In this document: positions 1-7,449 of the stretch, piece after piece
How the letters are laid out: each line of letters opens with the position of its first letter
Position numbering within the stretch: position 1 is the stretch's first letter
Source: a virus
Taxonomy: Duplodnaviria; Heunggongvirae; Uroviricota; Caudoviricetes
Virus record (IMG/VR): IMGVR_UViG_648276647_000018
Reading direction: 5' to 3' (one strand)
Length of the DNA stretch: 11,959 nucleotides
Made by a program: the position numbers and the translations under genes
The notes under the pieces: model-generated
What the model was told of the DNA's origin: nothing
Databases searched by the model: none
What the model saw: the letters and a program-made list of their open reading frames with translations, nothing else

Positions 1-1212
1 GTGGCAAGAACGACACGCCCCCTGACCAACACAGAAGTTCTGCGCGCTAAAGCGTTAGAAAAGGATCTAACGTTACATGATGGCGATGGCCTTTTTCTGC
101 TCGTTAAAACGAACAGTAAGAAGTTGTGGCGTTTCCGTTATCAACGTCCAGCAACAAAACAGCGGACAATGATGGGGCTTGGTGCTTTCCCCGCCCTTTC
201 ACTTGCTGATGCTCGACGGTTAAGAGCGGATTACCTTGCTTTGTTGGCTAATGGTATAGACCCACAAGTTCAAGCTGAATTTATCGAAGAACAACAACAG
301 ATAGCTCTAGACAGTATTTTTTCGACTGTTGCGACCAACTGGTTCCAGATAAAAAGCAAAAGCGTTACCCCTGATTACGCTAAAGATATATGGCGCTCAC
401 TGGAAAAAGACGTATTCCCTGCCATCGGGGAGATTCCTGTCCAGCAAATAAAAGCCCGAACACTAGTTGAAGCCCTTGAGCCAATCAAAGCTCGTGGAGC
501 ACTCGAGACAGTGCGCCGACTTGTACAGCGCATTAACGAGATAATGATTTATGCCGTAAACACTGGTCTGATTGATGCCAATCCAGCATCAGGTGTTGGG
601 ATGGCCTTTGAAAAGCCCAGAAAACAAAACATGCCGACGCTGAGGCCAGAAGAATTACCAAAGCTGATGCGTTCTTTGTTCATGTCAAATCTGTCTGTTC
701 CGACTCGCTGTCTCATTGAATGGCAGCTTCTGACTCTAGTGCGTCCTGCTGAAGCTTCCGGTGCTCGATGGGCAGAGATCGATCTCGATGCAAAGCTCTG
801 GATGATTCCAGCCGAACGGATGAAGGCCAAACGAGAGCACATAGTTCCTTTATCCACGCAGGCATTAGAAATTCTAGAAGTGATGCAACCTATTAGCGCA
901 CATCGTGAGCATGTTTTCCCAAGCAGAAATGACCCTAAACAACCAATGAATAGCCAGACTGCGAATGCCGCGCTTAAGCGCATTGGTTATGGTGGGAAGC
1001 TTGTTGCTCATGGATTACGTTCTATAGCAAGTACAGCACTAAATGAAGCTGGTTTTAATCCGGACGTAATTGAAGCGGCACTTGCTCACAGTGATAAAAA
1101 TGAAGTTCGAAGAGCATACAATCGTTCAACTTACCTTGAACAACGTATAGACTTGATGAATTGGTGGGGTGAATTTGTGCACAACCGCCACCGCCTCATG
1201 CAAGCGATTTAA
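1..1212 (+). CDS. int: P4-type tyrosine integrase. The N-terminus is at or just beyond the window edge (GTG at position 1).
   Basis: The ORF is 403 aa. The N-terminal region (LTNTEV..., DGDGLFLLVKTNSKKLWRFRYQRP) is typical of P4/CP4-57-like integrases. The C-terminus carries HGLRS, LAHS and RRAYNRSTY, the catalytic R-H-R-Y signature of tyrosine recombinases. Confidence 0.9.
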   Translation: MARTTRPLTNTEVLRAKALEKDLTLHDGDGLFLLVKTNSKKLWRFRYQRPATKQRTMMGLGAFPALSLADARRLRADYLALLANGIDPQVQAEFIEEQQQIALDSIFSTVATNWFQIKSKSVTPDYAKDIWRSLEKDVFPAIGEIPVQQIKARTLVEALEPIKARGALETVRRLVQRINEIMIYAVNTGLIDANPASGVGMAFEKPRKQNMPTLRPEELPKLMRSLFMSNLSVPTRCLIEWQLLTLVRPAEASGARWAEIDLDAKLWMIPAERMKAKREHIVPLSTQALEILEVMQPISAHREHVFPSRNDPKQPMNSQTANAALKRIGYGGKLVAHGLRSIASTALNEAGFNPDVIEAALAHSDKNEVRRAYNRSTYLEQRIDLMNWWGEFVHNRHRLMQAI

Positions 1213-1239
1213 TAAGATTGCACAGCAAAGGAGTCTTAA

Positions 1240-2598
1240 ATGCCAAATAACTACCATCAATACATCGAAGACGTTAGTGATGATATAAAGACATGTCTTG
1301 AAGGAATGGGATGCCAACCCATACTTTTTGTTGGATCGGGATTAACCAAGAGATATCTTTCTGGCCCAAACTGGGAAGAACTTCTTCAGCAACTTGCTAA
1401 TGAATGTCCTAACATCGATAAAAGATTTGCCTATTATAAACAGAAATACCCCGAGTTGATTGATATCGGCAGTGTATTTTCTGATTCTTATAACGAGTGG
1501 GCATGGGGTGATGGAGAGAAAGAATTTCCAGCAGAGTTATTTGATGCAGGCAATGAGCCAAGTATTTATTTTAAATACAAAGTATCTAGTATTTTCAACT
1601 CATTGTTACAAGAAAAAGAAATCGTAAACAACGGTGAAATTGAACTTCTGAGAAAGATTCACCCTCATTCAATCATCACAACAAATTACGACAAATTACT
1701 TGAATCGATATATCCTGAGTTTACCCCCATTATAGGCCAAAAAATCCTTTACGCTAATCACGGTAGCATTGGTGAAATACTTAAAATACATGGTTGCTGC
1801 TCCACTCCTGAAAGCATAATAATAAACCGCGATGACTACGATGACTTCATAAAGAAGAAGAAATATTTAAGCGCAAAACTGCTTACTTTCTTTGCTGAAC
1901 ACCCTCTTCTATTTATAGGTTACAGCGCAGAAGACTCGAACATAAAAAACATACTATCTGATATTGATGAACTACTTTCAGAAAATGGAGATGTCATTCC
2001 AAATATATACATTTTAGAATGGACGAGCAAACAAAATGAAAGTGAATACCCACGCCGTGAACGGCTGATTCAAGTATCTGCAAACAAAAGCATTAGAATA
2101 AAAAGTATAGTAGCAAATGACTTCTCTTGGGTATTTTCAGCGTTTGGCGCGAACAGAGCACTTGATAACATAAATCCCAAATTATTGAGGGCACTTTTAG
2201 CTCGCACTTACGATCTCGTCAGAACTGATATACCTCGCAATCCTGTCCAAGTTGATTACCGAGTTTTATCAAGCATTAGCGAGTCAGAAGGTGAATTAGC
2301 GAAATTATATGGTATCGCCACATCGTCAGATGGTATGGCATTTAATGCCAGTTATCCTTTTACTTTAACCACGCTAGGGCAATCACTTGGTTTCAAAGGC
2401 TGGCATGATGCGAACAAACTATTAGAAGTAGTTAAAAACATCACGAACGTAGACATCAAGACATTCGATAACAAATACCACTATGCAATAATGAACGGTG
2501 ATGAGATTCAGTCCCATAGATATTCAAACTATCTTCGAGAACTCCTCGAAAAGGTTAGGGATGGAGAGGAGTTTGAGTTAGGAATAAAGGCTCCATAA
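1240..2598 (+). CDS. SIR2-like (sirtuin-fold, SIR2_2-type) protein, 452 aa, with a C-terminal domain of unknown function; candidate single-gene anti-phage effector.
   Basis: Strong SD (AAGGAG) 6 nt upstream of the ATG. Motifs: PILFVGSGLTKRYL (Rossmann Gly-rich loop, aa 27-40), IITTNYDKLLE (putative catalytic Asn149, codon 1684-1686), ILKIHGC (putative catalytic His184, codon 1789-1791) and LLFIGYSAEDSNI. The gene is clearly more AT-rich than the GC-rich P4 backbone. It lies between int and cos. Confidence 0.85.
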   Translation: MPNNYHQYIEDVSDDIKTCLEGMGCQPILFVGSGLTKRYLSGPNWEELLQQLANECPNIDKRFAYYKQKYPELIDIGSVFSDSYNEWAWGDGEKEFPAELFDAGNEPSIYFKYKVSSIFNSLLQEKEIVNNGEIELLRKIHPHSIITTNYDKLLESIYPEFTPIIGQKILYANHGSIGEILKIHGCCSTPESIIINRDDYDDFIKKKKYLSAKLLTFFAEHPLLFIGYSAEDSNIKNILSDIDELLSENGDVIPNIYILEWTSKQNESEYPRRERLIQVSANKSIRIKSIVANDFSWVFSAFGANRALDNINPKLLRALLARTYDLVRTDIPRNPVQVDYRVLSSISESEGELAKLYGIATSSDGMAFNASYPFTLTTLGQSLGFKGWHDANKLLEVVKNITNVDIKTFDNKYHYAIMNGDEIQSHRYSNYLRELLEKVRDGEEFELGIKAP

Positions 2599-2626
2599 TT
2601 ATTCATATAGCCTTACTACTTTTTAT

Positions 2627-2650
2627 GGCCGCTTTAATAGCGGCTTTTTC
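2627..2650 (+). terminator. Rho-independent terminator downstream of the SIR2-like gene.
   Basis: Stem ggccgct (2627-2633), loop ttaat, stem agcggc (2639-2644), then TTTTT (2645-2649). Confidence 0.5.
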
Positions 2651-2785
2651 ACAGCATTATTCATGCTTCTAGCACGATATGATGAACCGCAATAATCATA
2701 GCTAACAGGATTAATTTAAAGCATTACTCCTCGACTGAAGCGTGCTGTCATGCGAAAAAAATTTAAACTACCACGTTAGCGCGCA

Positions 2786-2804
2786 GTGCTTTCCCCGCCT
2801 CGCC
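2786..2804. other. cos site: 19-nt P2/P4 cohesive-end sequence.
   Basis: gtgctttccccgcctcgcc is the exact reverse complement of the P2/P4 cohesive end GGCGAGGCGGGGAAAGCAC as I recall it. Confidence 0.7.
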
Positions 2805-2906
2805 CGCACGCTTTGCGGGGCGGTTTTAATGCAGTTGCACTGACACGCTCAGACCGCGCCGGGAATGGCGCGGTCTGCAGAAAATGAGGCAGGGAAACGC
2901 ATGCAA

Positions 2907-2939
2907 AGCCATGCACCTTATCGATGCATGGCTTTTTTC
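2907..2939. terminator. Hairpin with T-run between cos and the psu stop; possible terminator, strand uncertain.
   Basis: Stem agccatgca (2907-2915) and tgcatggct (2925-2933), followed by TTTTTT (2934-2939) on the plus strand. A second inverted repeat gaccgcgcc/ggcgcggtc lies at 2852-2875. Confidence 0.4.
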
Positions 2940-2968
2940 AGTAAAAACAGGCGGATTTTCGGGAAATT

Positions 2969-3541
2969 TTACACAGACTGACGTGATGCCAGTTGCGCAC
3001 TTTTACGCGAAAAAATCATGTTCTGCGCAGGGGTGAATTTTTCACGGCTGTCGTCCACCGAAGCCGCGTCAGGCCTGAATCCGATGGTCGTTAAAATGTC
3101 GCTATCCTGTGCGGAATAATTAATTTTTTCCCCCTTCGCAAGCCAGGACAGAAGGGCTTCACGCAGGGCATCTGTGGCACGCTGTATGGCACAGTTTCGG
3201 GCAATGGCCGTCAGCTCACTGTAGCCCATCAGCTCCGGTGCCAGTGCCGCCGCCAGTGCTGTGCCGTGCTGCTGCATAAAATCATTCAGCCGGTCGCGGA
3301 TGCTGATGTGCTGAACGGCTTCATGCGAACGAATATAACGACCGGCGGCCTGATTCACCTGCCATTTTCTGACTTCGATAATATTGCGTAATTCGTCCAG
3401 GCGACTGACGTTTCTGCCTTCTCCTGACAGAAGCCGCAGGTATTCCTGTTCGGCCGCTGCCAGCTCATTTTTGCGTTGCAGCCATGCTGCTTTGTTATTC
3501 TGACAGGTGTCAAAGGCCTGCTGTAAGGCTGTGCTTTCCAT
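2969..3541 (-). CDS. psu: Psu, polarity suppression / capsid decoration protein.
   Basis: 190 aa. The translation MESTALQQAFDTCQNNKAAWLQRKNELAAAEQEYLRLL... matches P4 Psu in sequence and length as I recall it. It is the last gene of the sid-delta-psu operon, read toward cos. Confidence 0.9.
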   Translation of the reverse strand: MESTALQQAFDTCQNNKAAWLQRKNELAAAEQEYLRLLSGEGRNVSRLDELRNIIEVRKWQVNQAAGRYIRSHEAVQHISIRDRLNDFMQQHGTALAAALAPELMGYSELTAIARNCAIQRATDALREALLSWLAKGEKINYSAQDSDILTTIGFRPDAASVDDSREKFTPAQNMIFSRKSAQLASRQSV

Positions 3542-3614
3542 CGTTATCTCTTTCTCATCATGCTGAAGAATAAAAATACGGTGTGTGGCGACGGCCGGTG
3601 TTAACCGGCAGCCC

Positions 3615-4115
3615 TCATTCCAGACGCAGCGAATATGATTGTGTTTTTAACCGTACTGGCGGCAGTTCCTGTTTTTCATGCAGGCGTTCTGCCAGTTCGT
3701 CCGGCGTGACCGGGCGGACAATGAAGCGGGTGATGGTCTGAAGCGTTTTAAACACCAGACCACAGCCCGGATCCGTGCACACATAAAAACGCTCGGTGAC
3801 TTCCTGAGACAGACCCCGCGATGTTCTTGACAGCGCAAGGCCTTTACATCTCCGACAACAATATCCGGTAACAAGCATTCTTTTCGGGCGCTTCATGCTG
3901 CCGGAGGCTGACGTCAGTGAATCGCGGTATCTCTGTTTGCCTGAAATGTATTCCATTCCTGAATCTTTACAGTCAGAGAAAAAGCTTTCACTCGCTTCAA
4001 ATGTCGCAGAGCAATAAATATTCCGGCACTGTGCAATCATTATCTTGGTGCCATCGTCCATGAAATGTGCGCGACGGGTGTGAGCAACATGTCCACACGA
4101 CGGGCAGTAAATCAT
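3615..4115 (-). CDS. delta: Delta, Ogr/Delta-family zinc-finger late-gene transactivator.
   Basis: 166 aa starting at MIYCPSCGHVAHTRRAHFMDDGTKIMIAQCRNIYCSATFEASESFF, with a second Ogr-like module (YVCTDPGCGLVFKT). The start is the ATG at 4113-4115 with an AGGA SD. The longer 185-aa ORF in the track is an in-frame upstream extension. Confidence 0.85.
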   Translation of the reverse strand: MIYCPSCGHVAHTRRAHFMDDGTKIMIAQCRNIYCSATFEASESFFSDCKDSGMEYISGKQRYRDSLTSASGSMKRPKRMLVTGYCCRRCKGLALSRTSRGLSQEVTERFYVCTDPGCGLVFKTLQTITRFIVRPVTPDELAERLHEKQELPPVRLKTQSYSLRLE

Positions 4116-4846
4116 GACAGCAGTCCTCTGGCCTTCAGCTCTGCTCCCTGCTGGTCTATTTTGTCCTGCCACACCTTGCGCTGTGCCGGTGTGCCTGCCA
4201 CCTCATAATCCATGTGCGGGAGTGTTGCCGCTGACAGTCCGGTCAGCCGGAGAACCGGCTCGCCGGTGAGGCTGATTTGCATCTGTTTAATTTTCTGTTC
4301 CAGCGATGATTTCACCTGCTGCATGACAGCCTTTTCCGGTGCGACGTAGCCCTGATGGCCGGTGGTGTTGGCGAGCGGATTTTCCTGTACCAGAATGCTC
4401 AGATGCATTGCCCGGACAAGCGCCTCACAGGTTTCATTCAGGGCGTGTTCCAGCTCATGCTCTGCATACAGACTCAGAAGGTGATGATGTGCCTTCCGGT
4501 AGGCGGTGGCCGTGCTGTCACACGCCCCTTTCAGGCGTTCACGTTCGAAATTCAGCACCACGGCCAGATTGTCATATTCCTGTACCAGCTCCCGGCGTGC
4601 CACGCGCTCAATGTGGCGCTGTTTCAGCTCGTCGCTCAGGACACCACCGGCTGCACGAAAGGCCGTGCGCCAGTCGTCAGCGTCATTTCCGTCGGCCTGC
4701 GTCAGCGCATTTTTTTCCTGCTCTGCCCGTTCAATGGCCGTGACGGTCTCATCCATCAGGCGGGCGTTCTCAAGATGAGCGGCTCTGGCCTTTTCCAGTT
4801 GTGCCAGTGCGGGTTGCAGATATTCAGGGATGGTGTTGTCAGACAT
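4112..4846 (-). CDS. sid: Sid, capsid size-determination (external scaffold) protein.
   Basis: 244 aa starting at MSDNTIPEYLQPALAQLEKARAAHLENARL with a GAGGAG SD upstream. The stop at 4112-4114 overlaps the delta ATG (ATGA overlap). The 266-aa ORF in the track is an upstream extension. Confidence 0.85.
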   Translation of the reverse strand: MSDNTIPEYLQPALAQLEKARAAHLENARLMDETVTAIERAEQEKNALTQADGNDADDWRTAFRAAGGVLSDELKQRHIERVARRELVQEYDNLAVVLNFERERLKGACDSTATAYRKAHHHLLSLYAEHELEHALNETCEALVRAMHLSILVQENPLANTTGHQGYVAPEKAVMQQVKSSLEQKIKQMQISLTGEPVLRLTGLSAATLPHMDYEVAGTPAQRKVWQDKIDQQGAELKARGLLS

Positions 4847-4918
4847 TTTCCGGCTCCTCGTCACTTCAGGTTGAGAAAATTGTGACGTACACCGGACAGC
4901 AACACGACGCATTGCAGA

Positions 4919-4936
4919 TGTGCCAGCCCTGACACA
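4919..4936 (-). promoter_or_regulatory. Putative Delta/Ogr activator site (TGT-N12-ACA) of the late promoter Psid.
   Basis: tgtgccagccctgacaca is centred about 82 nt upstream of the sid ATG. A second TGT-N12-ACA lies at 4881-4898. Delta/Ogr/Cox-activated P2/P4 late promoters carry this dyad near -55. Confidence 0.4.
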
Positions 4937-5015
4937 GGAGACTCATCCTCAGACCGGCAAGCCAGGAAAAGGTCGCAGGAAAAACCGGCTTACTGTTTGT
5001 TTTTTTATATTTTAC

Positions 5016-5120
5016 TGTTCACCTCTGTTCACCATAAGAAAAAAGATAAGTAATACAGTAAGTTAAAGGGTGAACAATCGCAGTAATGACTGTTCACCGT
5101 CTGTTCACCACTGTTCACCC
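5016..5120. repeat. Replication origin (ori): six copies of the type I iteron TGTTCACC.
   Basis: Direct copies at 5016-5023, 5026-5033, 5091-5098, 5103-5110 and 5113-5120, plus one inverted copy (ggtgaaca) at 5069-5076. The region is AT-rich. It lies about 4.8 kb from crr, as in P4. Confidence 0.7.
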
Positions 5121-5169
5121 GTTGATGGGCTTTTTGTGCTGTTTATTACTTTTTATTTTTATTAATTCA

Positions 5170-5215
5170 CTGAAATAAATAAGAAAAAACAATTTGTATT
5201 TCACTATAATTTTTT
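5170..5215 (+). promoter_or_regulatory. Possible constitutive early promoter (PLE-like) for the vis-to-alpha operon.
   Basis: Perfect TATAAT at 5205-5210 in an AT-rich tract. I could not pick out a good -35 at 17-bp spacing. Confidence 0.25.
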
Positions 5216-5397
5216 CCAGCTCCTTCCAGAGCGTTTTAAAGCTATCTGGCGCTGATGTACAAAAAATGCACAGCCATTGTAAGGCTGCCGGAACAAATCC
5301 CCCCTGTTGCGTCTGCTGAAAATATTCACAAAATAAAGCGCTACCCGAAGCCGGACGGACTTATCCGGTGCTGTATGGACATTAACGAGGTAGCCCG

Positions 5398-5664
5398 ATG
5401 CAAGCTGTTTTTTCTTCCCCGTCTCCCGCCCCTGTTACGCCACTGATGCCGCTGCCGGACATCACGCAGGAGCGTTTTTTACGTCTGCCGGAAGTGATGC
5501 ACCTGTGCGGCCTGTCACGCTCGACCATCTATGAACTCATCCGTAAGGGGGAATTTCCGCCGCAGGTGAGTCTTGGCGGTAAAAATGTGGCCTGGCTGCA
5601 CTCTGAAGTCACCGCATGGATGGCCGGGCGCATTGCCGGACGCAAACGGGGGTACGACGCATGA
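5398..5664 (+). CDS. vis: AlpA/Vis-family helix-turn-helix regulator (excision and late-gene control).
   Basis: 88 aa with a GAGG SD 7 nt upstream. The core [48 protein letters not shown] is the classic AlpA/Vis HTH. Confidence 0.8.
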   Translation: MQAVFSSPSPAPVTPLMPLPDITQERFLRLPEVMHLCGLSRSTIYELIRKGEFPPQVSLGGKNVAWLHSEVTAWMAGRIAGRKRGYDA

Positions 5665-5756
5665 TGATGCCCGCTCTGCAAAAAGTCCCTTTTTCTGGCT
5701 TGCCTTTTTCCGGCATTTGCGGATATAGTTTTTCCGCTGCCGCAAAATCGGCAGCC

Positions 5757-6047
5757 GGGCGTAGGAACCCGTGTAACTCGAAGGCGACATATGACGCGCC
5801 ATGCGTCTTTTTTTGTGTCGCAATCAACGCCACAGAGCGCCAGATTATGGTGTGGCGTGTGGTTTGCCGTGCAGGTATGATCCTGTTCGCAATCGCATGT
5901 TATGCCACTGAGTCAATGGTAGCTCAGGCGGGGCAGCCTCCGGGCTGGCCGGTATTCTTCGAGGCCGGTATTCCTACCCCCGTCTGGGCTATCGCCATCG
6001 AGCGTAGGAACTCCGGCGATAGCAGTTATTTGCTACTCGAAGGAGAC
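5757..6047 (+). promoter_or_regulatory. CI-RNA-type immunity region: seqA-like and seqC-like direct repeats flanking a complementary seqB-like element.
   Basis: gcgtaggaac...ctcgaagg occurs at 5759-5784 and again at 6002-6043. Between them, cttcgag (5957-5963) and ttcctac (5971-5977) are the antiparallel complements of both halves. A 9-bp inverted repeat gctatcgcc/ggcgatagc lies at 5978-6023. Confidence 0.45.
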
Positions 6048-6053
6048 TGCCTT

Positions 6054-6251
6054 ATGGCTACAACCCTTACCCCTTCACACCCTGAATTTGTCTTTGTGTT
6101 TGCGGCTGTCCGTCGCGCAGACCGTCATCCCCGTATCTGCATGCTTCGCACCGTCGCCGGTGATGAACGCAGCGCCCGCCGTTCCCTTGTCCGTGACTAT
6201 GTGCTCTCCCTTGCTGCCCGTCTGCCGGTGGTGGAGGTGTCCCGTGCGTAA
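6054..6251 (+). CDS. Hypothetical small early protein (65 aa).
   Basis: ATG with an AGGAGA SD 7 nt upstream. It is the 3' part of the long 5616-6251 reading frame, whose upstream portion overlaps vis and the immunity repeats and is probably non-coding. Confidence 0.45.
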   Translation: MATTLTPSHPEFVFVFAAVRRADRHPRICMLRTVAGDERSARRSLVRDYVLSLAARLPVVEVSRA

Positions 6252-6531
6252 TAAAAAAGCCCCTCAGACCGTCTCAGCACGTCATGACGCCCGTGAACAC
6301 CTCAGCATTGAGGCTTACCATAAGCTCAACCGCGCCAGCGCCGTATCCCAGTTTGTTGGGGGTGATTTGATTCACCGTGAACTCTCCGGCCTGCATCAGC
6401 TCTACATTCCGCATATTTTCAGCTACCTGAATGAAGATATTGATTTTGTGCTGAATGAGCTGAAAGCCAAAGGCCTGTGCCGCGATTTTCTCGCCCAGCA
6501 GAAAGACCGGGGAGACAGGACGCATGTTTGA
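6244..6531 (+). CDS. Hypothetical early protein (95 aa, GTG start); possibly epsilon-like by size and position.
   Basis: GTG preceded by GGAGGT at 5-nt spacing. The start overlaps the stop of the preceding ORF by 8 nt. The epsilon attribution is from uncertain memory of the P4 map. Confidence 0.5.
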   Translation: MRNKKAPQTVSARHDAREHLSIEAYHKLNRASAVSQFVGGDLIHRELSGLHQLYIPHIFSYLNEDIDFVLNELKAKGLCRDFLAQQKDRGDRTHV

Positions 6532-6979
6532 TTTTCCCCAGCCCGGTGAGATTTACCGTTCTGCCGGTTTTCCCGATGTGGCCGTGGTCGGCATTCTGGA
6601 AGACGGTATTCCGTGGGAAATGCCGTACCGCTGCCCGGACATTGTCTGGAATCCGTACCGCCGTAAATTCAGTATCCTTGTGCGTATCCTCGCTGACGGG
6701 CGCACCACAGACATCCCGCTGGGGCGTTTTCTGCGGGAATTTACCTGTGACCGTCCTGACCTGTTCAGACGCAGCCCCGTAAACCGGCATGCGGTACTGA
6801 AAGAAATGGCCGGAGACCCGGAATTACAGAAATGGCGGGAGAAATATCTGGATATTTACCCGCAGGACCCTGTTCCGGTCAGCCGGGCGGCACCGGTGGC
6901 GCGGGAATGGCGGGAAATTCCCCGCACGGAGCCTGACCCGGAAATCACCCCGGATAACAGTTACCGCAATTATCTGTAA
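6524..6979 (+). CDS. Hypothetical protein (151 aa); size and position fit P4 orf151.
   Basis: The ATG overlaps the upstream stop (ATGTTTGA). Coding-like composition, same strand as alpha. Confidence 0.7.
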   Translation: MFDFPQPGEIYRSAGFPDVAVVGILEDGIPWEMPYRCPDIVWNPYRRKFSILVRILADGRTTDIPLGRFLREFTCDRPDLFRRSPVNRHAVLKEMAGDPELQKWREKYLDIYPQDPVPVSRAAPVAREWREIPRTEPDPEITPDNSYRNYL

Positions 6980-7114
6980 TTAAAAAACGACACCCGAAAA
7001 ATTAAATGTGCGTATTCGCGCAGGGATACGCACGTCTTCAGGAGACGCAGATATGCCTTATCAGTTAATGCAACCGGCACGGAATGCAGTCATCTGTCAC
7101 AGGGAGGAAAGCAA

Positions 7115-7435
7115 ATGACCCCCCCCTTACCGCCCGTCTTACGCGCAGCCCTTTACCGTCGCGCTGTCGCCTGTGCCTGGCTGACCGTGTGCGAACGTCA
7201 GCACCGCTACCCGCATCTCACCCTTGAATCACTGGAGGCTGCCATCGCCGCTGAGCTGGAAGGCTTTTATCTGCGCCAGCACGGTGAGGAAAAAGGGCGT
7301 CAGATAGCCTGTGCCCTGCTGGAAGATTTAATGGAATCCGGCCCCCTGAAGGCCGCGCCGTCGCTGTCCTTTCTCGGGCTGGTTGTGATGGATGAACTCT
7401 GTGCCCGTCACATAAAAGCGCCGGTACTGCACTGA
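7115..7435 (+). CDS. Hypothetical protein (106 aa) immediately upstream of alpha.
   Basis: GGGAGGAA SD 5 nt upstream of the ATG. It ends 14 nt before the alpha start. Confidence 0.7.
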   Translation: MTPPLPPVLRAALYRRAVACAWLTVCERQHRYPHLTLESLEAAIAAELEGFYLRQHGEEKGRQIACALLEDLMESGPLKAAPSLSFLGLVVMDELCARHIKAPVLH

Positions 7436-7449
7436 AGGAGAACAACACC

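Noticed and set aside
549-1317. Minus-strand ORFs 549-983 and 1126-1317 inside and overlapping int
   Set aside because: They lie antisense within a well-supported integrase gene, with no SD and Cys/Arg/Ser-rich, low-complexity translations. Judged frame artefacts.
4339-4885. Plus-strand ORFs 4339-4743, 4355-4885 and 4506-4778
   Set aside because: All are antisense to sid in GC-rich DNA and have Arg/Ser/Pro/Cys-rich translations typical of shadow frames.
3615-4912. Longer versions of delta (3615-4172, 185 aa) and sid (4112-4912, 266 aa), and ORF 3647-3874
   Set aside because: The upstream extensions lack an SD, whereas the internal ATGs (4115 and 4846) have good SDs and give the P4 protein lengths. 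ORF 3647-3874 is an alternative frame inside delta.
5255-5446. ORF 5255-5446 (63 aa) upstream of vis
   Set aside because: It spans the putative early promoter and vis leader, has no SD, and overlaps the vis start. Probably non-coding.
5515-6251. ORF 5616-6251 as a single 211-aa protein, and minus-strand ORFs 5515-5823 and 5609-5833
   Set aside because: The long frame runs through the 3' end of vis and the immunity repeats. Only its last 65 codons have an SD-preceded start. The minus-strand ORFs are antisense to the early operon.
6088-6790. ORF 6088-6531 from its first ATG, and ORFs 6274-6525, 6419-6790, 6477-6782
   Set aside because: The GTG at 6244 with a GGAGGT SD is a better start than the ATG at 6088, which would overlap the 65-aa ORF extensively. 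The others are alternate or antisense frames of the 95-aa and 151-aa ORFs.
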